Origin: a virus
Lineage: Duplodnaviria > Caudoviricetes
Length of the DNA stretch: 31,670 bases
Virus record (IMG/VR): IMGVR_UViG_3300011337_000591
Coordinates: 1 to 31,670 of that record
Direction: 5' to 3' (one strand)
Numbering within the stretch: position 1 is the stretch's first letter; every line of letters begins with the position of its first letter. The notes below the pieces were generated by a model. It ran no database searches, was not told the DNA's origin, and saw only the letters and a list, made by a program, of their open reading frames with translations. Below are positions 26,542-31,670 of this stretch, in pieces. The position numbers and the translations under genes were made by a program.

Positions 26542-26975
26542 AACATATTATTACATTCGTATGGTGTAAGTTCTACAAGCGAAACAAACTTCTGTAATTC
26601 AAAATTACCATTGTTCTTGTAATGCTTGAATTGGCCTTTCTCTAAAATAAAGCTTACAGGAATATGCCAGCTATCTTTCTCATCTACAAGATGCACATGG
26701 TCAAAGAGCTTGGTGTTTTTTAGAATGTAGTAATTGAATCCATAAGACATTGTCTTTTGGTAAAGGTGTCTGTCGCGTGAACGTTTCACGTGCATTACTC
26801 TGGCCTGTTTATCAACCACACCAATCAAGCGTTCCTTTGTTTCTGTTGCCATGGCAAATTTAATTTCCACAATATCATCCCAATGGTACGTGATAACTTT
26901 TGATAGGTCTTGCTCTATGTTTACTACGTAACGTGTGTGTGGTGCTGGCCTATTCTTTTTACTTGTTTTTTTCAT
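26538..26975 (-). CDS. Hypothetical protein (145 aa)
   Basis: ORF overlapping both neighbours. Confidence 0.7.
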   Translation of the reverse strand: MKKTSKKNRPAPHTRYVVNIEQDLSKVITYHWDDIVEIKFAMATETKERLIGVVDKQARVMHVKRSRDRHLYQKTMSYGFNYYILKNTKLFDHVHLVDEKDSWHIPVSFILEKGQFKHYKNNGNFELQKFVSLVELTPYECNNML

Positions 26976-27705
26976 CTTGCAATCGTTGTATTACTTTGTT
27001 AAACAGCTGTTCGTTAGATAGCACATGTGCATACACACATGACATGAATATTGTTTTCTTGCTTGGCTTTTCTGTTGTTCTTTTGGCCTGTTTATATTCA
27101 CGCTCTGCATTTTTTTCAAACGCTTGCCAATCTTGTTCTGTGAAATCGCTATCGTTAAGAACGCCAAGATTGTAAAGCTTGGTTATGACCAGCCTTGAAA
27201 ATGCTGTGGCGACATGTTGGTGCTTGCTTGCCTTATCACGTTGTAACCATTGCACCCAATCAACTGAACCAGCTTCAAGCGTTCGCTCTGGCCTTGTTTC
27301 AACAACTTCTTTTTTCCGCAATTCTAAATTCAACTTGCGTGACCATTCAACATACCTATTCATGCAATCGCATAGGAAAGGAATAGAAAGGAGGTTGTAG
27401 CATTGCACACGTTCCCAATGCTTGCCTGTGGCGTTTAAGAATAGAGCGTAATTTAACTCTTCTATTGTGTTGTGTGGGTAACAGCTTTGCACAGCTGTAT
27501 AAAGTAAGCGTTCTTCCTCTTGCGATGGTATTGCAGAAATGCCATAGGATACGCATGCAAACAAAATTACTTTCTTAAATTCCTGTGGCGTGCATTCTTT
27601 CACCTTGTTTGCGCTGGTGCTTACGCTTAGATATTTTTGCTCAACCTCTGTTAAGGAAACTTTGTATTTCGCTGACAGGGATTCTTCCCATTTTTTCAGT
27701 TCCAT
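26959..27705 (-). CDS. Hypothetical protein, possibly a replication accessory (helicase-loader position)
   Basis: 248-aa helical ORF directly downstream of the initiator-like gene; function from position only. Confidence 0.55.
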   Translation of the reverse strand: MELKKWEESLSAKYKVSLTEVEQKYLSVSTSANKVKECTPQEFKKVILFACVSYGISAIPSQEEERLLYTAVQSCYPHNTIEELNYALFLNATGKHWERVQCYNLLSIPFLCDCMNRYVEWSRKLNLELRKKEVVETRPERTLEAGSVDWVQWLQRDKASKHQHVATAFSRLVITKLYNLGVLNDSDFTEQDWQAFEKNAEREYKQAKRTTEKPSKKTIFMSCVYAHVLSNEQLFNKVIQRLQDEKNK

Positions 27706-28030
27706 TGTTTGCTGGTTTATTGGTTAGATATTTCTTTGTGTCCCATGCGCTAATCATTGCTCTTTTCCAATCTTTCATTTTGCGCTTGCCATACATCCAC
27801 CCTGTGTTTTCATAGTGCGATATAAACTTTTCAGCAAAATTAAGAGCGCATTCTGTATCTGCCTGTGGTTCTCTTTGCATGTAATAGTCTGCGACTTGTT
27901 GTAAGCTTGGTGCAACAAACTTCTGCGATGGCTGTTGGCGTTCTTCAAGCTGTGCTAACTTCTGTTTCAGCTGTTGCACTTCCTGTTGTAAGCAATCCAG
28001 CATTTCCATGATGTAAGTTATCTGTTCCAT
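27641..28030 (-). CDS. Replication-initiator C-terminal-like (DnaD/replisome organiser-type) protein
   Basis: FVAPSLQQVADY, AEKFISHYENTGW.YGKRKMKDWK motif; start at 28030 behind an AC-rich leader. Confidence 0.68.
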   Translation of the reverse strand: MEQITYIMEMLDCLQQEVQQLKQKLAQLEERQQPSQKFVAPSLQQVADYYMQREPQADTECALNFAEKFISHYENTGWMYGKRKMKDWKRAMISAWDTKKYLTNKPANNGTEKMGRIPVSEIQSFLNRG

Positions 28031-28508
28031 TTTTTGTGTGTGTTTTTTTATAGGGTTCGTAGCCAGCATGTTCAAGCATCTGCACCACATTCATCACAAG
28101 TGCGTTGTATGTGGCATCTACTTCTATCAACTGATTGTGTGTCTTTATTGCGTGCAAGATTGTTGCATGGTCTTTTTCAAACATTCTTGCAACAGCTGAT
28201 TTGTTAAGTGCGCTACCAGAATAGCATAGCACCATTGCGACTCTGCGTGCATCTGTTATTCTACGTAAGCGCCTTGCACCCAGCAATTCTTCACGAGTGA
28301 CTTGAAACACTTCTTCAACAAAGGAAAATACAGCGTGAAGATATTTGCTTTGCACACCTTTATTACCCAGCTGTGCGTATTCATCTATCAAGTCAATGAT
28401 AAATTGTGGCTCTAAGCAAGAGTAGATTACCACTTCTTTAAGCAAGCTTCTTGCTTCTGTAGTGTTGCAATAGGTTAGAATCTTATGGATTGTTTGCTGG
28501 CTTACCAT
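27945..28508 (-). CDS. DnaA C-terminal (domain IV, HTH)-like DNA-binding protein
   Basis: ELLGARRLRRITDARRVAM and VARMFEKDHATILHA match the DnaA domain IV signature. Confidence 0.8.
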   Translation of the reverse strand: MVSQQTIHKILTYCNTTEARSLLKEVVIYSCLEPQFIIDLIDEYAQLGNKGVQSKYLHAVFSFVEEVFQVTREELLGARRLRRITDARRVAMVLCYSGSALNKSAVARMFEKDHATILHAIKTHNQLIEVDATYNALVMNVVQMLEHAGYEPYKKTHTKNGTDNLHHGNAGLLTTGSATAETEVSTA

Positions 28509-28734
28509 ACTTTTCTTTTAAAGATTGTTCAACTTCTTTTTCCCAGACAATGCATTCAACAACGTATTTAAGTGAATCGCCTGTAAGTGTGGCAAGTTGC
28601 ATCGCATGGCCAATAGATAGTTCCTTTGGGTTACGTAAGTAGCGAAGAGCTGTGGGGAATGACATATTCATCCCCCTTGCGAACTCTTTTGTGCTACTGA
28701 ACTTGTTCTTAATATAGATTTGGAATAGGTTCAT
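28483..28734 (-). CDS. Small HTH (Cro/XRE-like) DNA-binding protein
   Basis: STKEFARGMNMSFPTALRYLRNP helix-turn-helix pattern. Confidence 0.65.
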   Translation of the reverse strand: MNLFQIYIKNKFSSTKEFARGMNMSFPTALRYLRNPKELSIGHAMQLATLTGDSLKYVVECIVWEKEVEQSLKEKYGKPANNP

Positions 28735-28745
28735 AGCTTGTTTTT

Positions 28746-29285
28746 TTAGAATGGTAAATCATCTTGTTGATTGTGCATGGTGTTTACCATATCTTCTTTG
28801 AAGTTACCTACTATACCAGATGGCTTCACACCAGCGTTGGTCTTGTTTGTTTCTATTGCTGTTTCTGTTGCGTTCGCACCATGGCAAATGAACTTCTCGA
28901 ACTCTTGCGCAACTACGAATACATTCAGCATGTCCAAGTCTTGCTGGGCGATGCACAGGTTTACAGCGTTGGTAAGTGCGTTCATCCTTGCAATGCGATT
29001 ACTTTCCTCTGGTGATTTTCCCCATTGCTTTGGCTGTGGTGTTTCAGCTGTGGCTTGCGTAGTGCCTTGCGCACTTTGGTCATCTGCTTCGGCAATGAAT
29101 TTAATGGTCGGGTTCTTGGGTGTGCCACCAACTTCATATTGAAAAGTTTTCCCAACGATAAACTTGGTCTTTTCTGTTTTGTGATAGTTGTTACCAGAGT
29201 CACCATTTTCAAACTCTACTTCTGTGATGTTCATGTCCTTGAACGTTCCGCTGGACTGAGTCCATTTTACTTTGCTTGTTTTCAT
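28746..29285 (-). CDS. Single-stranded DNA-binding-like protein
   Basis: Small beta-rich N-terminal domain, flexible linker, acidic C-terminal DDLPF tail. Confidence 0.6.
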   Translation of the reverse strand: MKTSKVKWTQSSGTFKDMNITEVEFENGDSGNNYHKTEKTKFIVGKTFQYEVGGTPKNPTIKFIAEADDQSAQGTTQATAETPQPKQWGKSPEESNRIARMNALTNAVNLCIAQQDLDMLNVFVVAQEFEKFICHGANATETAIETNKTNAGVKPSGIVGNFKEDMVNTMHNQQDDLPF

Positions 29286-29301
29286 AATTTATTGATTTTG
29301 A

Positions 29302-29793
29302 TTATTTGCTTAATGAAACTTCTATTGTGGTGGTGCTTGTTTTAAGCGCTGGCCTTAGGTCGTGTACCTCGCCTGTGTCTTGGTTTACAAATGTCGTTGG
29401 CTTGGTTATGGTTTTCAACATTGCTTCCAAGTCCTTTCTTTGCTGTGCTATGCCATCTTCCTTTTCCTTTATGGTGTTCCACAGCGGATTGTGATTATAC
29501 GTGTATTTTGTGCCAGCTTCTTTCAGCTTTAATGTAACACCATGCATTACAACGCCTGTCTTAGCTTCGTTGCCATAACGAGCAATTTCATCAACAGATA
29601 ATTCGCGTGCTGTGGATTTGAGCTTGTCAATAACTTGCGACAAGAATTCTAATTGTGCCAGCGCTTCAAGTACATTCACATGGCCATCTTTCAAGGTGTC
29701 TGTGTAATGTGCAACGATTGTTGAAACACGTTCCTTAGATAGTTTACCGACATTGTAATTCAAGAGTAACTCTTGCGTAAAATTGTTTTCCAT
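29302..29793 (-). CDS. Conserved-type hypothetical protein of the recombination/replication module
   Basis: 163-aa helical ORF with EAGTKYTY and DTGEV motifs; adjacent to the SSB-like gene. Confidence 0.65.
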   Translation of the reverse strand: MENNFTQELLLNYNVGKLSKERVSTIVAHYTDTLKDGHVNVLEALAQLEFLSQVIDKLKSTARELSVDEIARYGNEAKTGVVMHGVTLKLKEAGTKYTYNHNPLWNTIKEKEDGIAQQRKDLEAMLKTITKPTTFVNQDTGEVHDLRPALKTSTTTIEVSLSK

Positions 29794-29805
29794 TTTTGCG
29801 TGTGT

Positions 29806-30174
29806 TTATTGTAAGTGATTGTTTGTAAAGTAATGATTGGCTGTGGTGTAGAAAGGCTGTGCGCCATTCGTGTAACGTGTGCCATCTGTAAATCCCCATC
29901 GGTATGCCTGTTCAATCTGTTGGCGCTCTATTTCCAAGAGTTCCAGCATGCTTGCGTATAGCGTTGGTAAATCTTTGTCTGGCTTGCCTATTTCATCTCT
30001 AATGAGTTGTAAGGCCTTGTTGATTGCTGTTCGTTCCATGTGCTTTGTTTTTTTATGGTTTAACTTTTGAATTTCAAAGTGTATGTGCTGTGCTGTGTCT
30101 TGCCATGTGTATTCTTTTGCTGGCGAATAAGAACTTTGCACGCAAATGAATTTAGAATTGGCTGGCCTGTTCAT
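29806..30174 (-). CDS. Hypothetical protein with a probable internal in-frame start at 30039
   Basis: EIERQQIEQAY..G motif; a full leader motif precedes the internal ATG. Confidence 0.6.
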   Translation of the reverse strand: MNRPANSKFICVQSSYSPAKEYTWQDTAQHIHFEIQKLNHKKTKHMERTAINKALQLIRDEIGKPDKDLPTLYASMLELLEIERQQIEQAYRWGFTDGTRYTNGAQPFYTTANHYFTNNHLQ

Positions 30175-30424
30175 CTTGCTTTGTTCTATGTGTGTAATAT
30201 TGCTGTGCGTCTAACATTGTAAGTAGTTCTTGCGCTTTGCCTGTGCGCTTTGCACGTTCTACGTAATAAACTATGCTCGGCCAATCTTCTTTGTTTATAG
30301 ATTCTAACAAGCTGTGCAAGTCCACCCATTGTGCTATGGACATTAGAATGGCAATAGGTTTCAGTTCTATTTCTTTACCACTCTTTTGGATGGTGTTACT
30401 CAAAATTACTTTTAACTCTTTCAT
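30152..30424 (-). CDS. Hypothetical protein (90 aa)
   Basis: Leader AAAAACACATACACAC-ATG. Confidence 0.7.
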   Translation of the reverse strand: MKELKVILSNTIQKSGKEIELKPIAILMSIAQWVDLHSLLESINKEDWPSIVYYVERAKRTGKAQELLTMLDAQQYYTHRTKQDEQASQF

Positions 30425-30438
30425 GTGTGTATGTGTTT

Positions 30439-30882
30439 TTAGATTAAACCATTGTCTGCGAAGCTGTAAAACGAATCTGTTGTAACGATTATGTGGTCTA
30501 ACAACTTTATGTCCAACAGCTTGCCAGCGTTCTTTACTTTATCTGTAACTTTCTCATCCTCTGTGCTTGGCTGGGTGTTACCGCTCGGGTGATTGTGCAT
30601 GAGAATGAATGAATGTGCGCAAGATTTAAGAGCGATAGTGAAGATAACTTTCGGGTCAACAATAACACCAGCCATACCACCAGATGCGACCTTAAAATAG
30701 CCGATAACATGCTGACTCCTTGAAAGGCAAAGCATAACCATTTCTTCTGTCCACGATATTGTGTCTTGGTTGAAAATGTGCTTGGCAAGTGCGTAGGCAT
30801 CTTGTGAGTTACTTATCTTGTGTTGCGCTGTGCCTTTACCATCTATGGTAACAGACACTTTAATTTCTGGTAGCTGTATCAT
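30439..30882 (-). CDS. radC: RadC-like JAB domain protein
   Basis: EEMVMLCL, VDPKVIF, HNHPSGNTQPSTED, IKLLDHIIV. Confidence 0.92.
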   Translation of the reverse strand: MIQLPEIKVSVTIDGKGTAQHKISNSQDAYALAKHIFNQDTISWTEEMVMLCLSRSQHVIGYFKVASGGMAGVIVDPKVIFTIALKSCAHSFILMHNHPSGNTQPSTEDEKVTDKVKNAGKLLDIKLLDHIIVTTDSFYSFADNGLI

Positions 30883-31127
30883 CTGTTTTCAAAGATTTGT
30901 TCTTCTATTGATTTCACTACGCTGGGTGCATGCCACAGCACGAATTCAGTAACGTCTGTTTCGCCTATGAAAATGTTCGTTATCTCTAATTCACAGCTCG
31001 GTGGTAAACCATGGCCATCACTATCGTATAAGTAACCACCATCGTATTCTAAAACGTATTCCACAAGCAAGACAACGTCTGCGATTTCTACTTCTATTGT
31101 ACTCATTCTTATTTCTTTTGGGCTCAT
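30879..31127 (-). CDS. Small acidic hypothetical protein
   Basis: 82-aa ORF overlapping both neighbours. Confidence 0.7.
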   Translation of the reverse strand: MSPKEIRMSTIEVEIADVVLLVEYVLEYDGGYLYDSDGHGLPPSCELEITNIFIGETDVTEFVLWHAPSVVKSIEEQIFENR

Positions 31128-31435
31128 TATTCTGTGATATTGTTTGCGTTATCAAAATCATGCTCTAAGGCTTCTTCGTAGCTGTCGTAGAATGTTTCTT
31201 CACCATCCATAAAGTTCACCACCAAGTAATCAACGCCACGACCCAGCATGCTACAGATTGTAACGCCATTGTCCAAGGCGATGTAAACGTAACCAGAGTT
31301 TGGGTTGAAGCCGACTTCCATAATAAATTCACCAGCGCAATAATCTGCGTAGGCTTGAAAGCAAGCTGAAAGGCCTTGCGCTTCGCAACTTGCGATGCTG
31401 TCTTTTAGGCCGTGAATAGCAATGTAATTTTCCAT
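31127..31435 (-). CDS. Acidic hypothetical protein (102 aa, MENYIAIHG...)
   Basis: Start moved to 31435 behind AAACCATATAAACACACACACA; EVGFNPNSGYVYIALDNG core. Confidence 0.72.
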   Translation of the reverse strand: MENYIAIHGLKDSIASCEAQGLSACFQAYADYCAGEFIMEVGFNPNSGYVYIALDNGVTICSMLGRGVDYLVVNFMDGEETFYDSYEEALEHDFDNANNITE

Positions 31436-31475
31436 TGTGTGTGTGTTTATATGGTTTGTAATTAAAGTTCGTTTT

Positions 31476-31670
31476 TTAGAGCTCAAAATAAAGAATTTCG
31501 ATAATCTCTGCATGTGTGTCTGCGCACATGTCACGCATTAAAGACCATGCGCCATCTGGCTCGCCTGTGGTTTCTACGATTCCTATTGCTTCGTGAACGA
31601 TACGCTTGCCATAGGTTGCACAGCACTCTAAGTATTGCTTGCGCTTAACACCTGTTTCACAAAGCAGATA
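31476..31670 (-). CDS. 3' part of the junction-spanning 129-aa ORF that starts at 322
   Basis: In-frame continuation ending ...EIIEILYFEL-TAA at 31476. Confidence 0.75.
   Translation of the reverse strand, partial: YLLCETGVKRKQYLECCATYGKRIVHEAIGIVETTGEPDGAWSLMRDMCADTHAEIIEILYFEL
31544..31670. repeat. Terminal direct repeat (copy 2)
   Basis: Identical to 1-127. Confidence 0.97.

Overview
The window is very likely a complete, circularly assembled genome (31,543 bp unique; bases 1-127 recur exactly at 31544-31670) of an uncultured tailed, siphovirus-like phage. A Bacteroidetes host is inferred from TAnnTTTG-type promoters, A/C-rich leaders without Shine-Dalgarno sequences, and the gene families present. 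Two arms diverge from a control region at about 1250-1440. The minus arm (1248 down through the junction to 24840) holds small early genes, RadC/JAB, an SSB-like protein, an HTH protein, a DnaA C-terminal domain protein, replication-initiator-like proteins and, unusually, the terminase large subunit. The plus arm (1443-24850) holds a VRR-NUC nuclease, a sigma-like factor, a Cys-rich protein, a densely structured ~300 nt non-coding region, a DNA hypermodification cassette, TerS, tail genes, head genes and a lysis module. The cassette is ParB-N, a TET-associated GT-A, two paralogous GT-B glycosyltransferases and a TET/JBP 2OG-Fe(II) dioxygenase, with no recognisable DNA methyltransferase anywhere in the genome. 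Other highlights are a -1 frameshift site in a displaced tail-chaperone-like gene, an A11 slippery run that could give short and long portal forms, a Zn-ribbon-like insertion in TerL, a recurrent (AC)n translation leader, and apparent avoidance of GATC/CTAG/CCGG. No integrase, polymerase, tRNA or CRISPR was recognised. All family calls come from reading motifs by eye; no database search was run.
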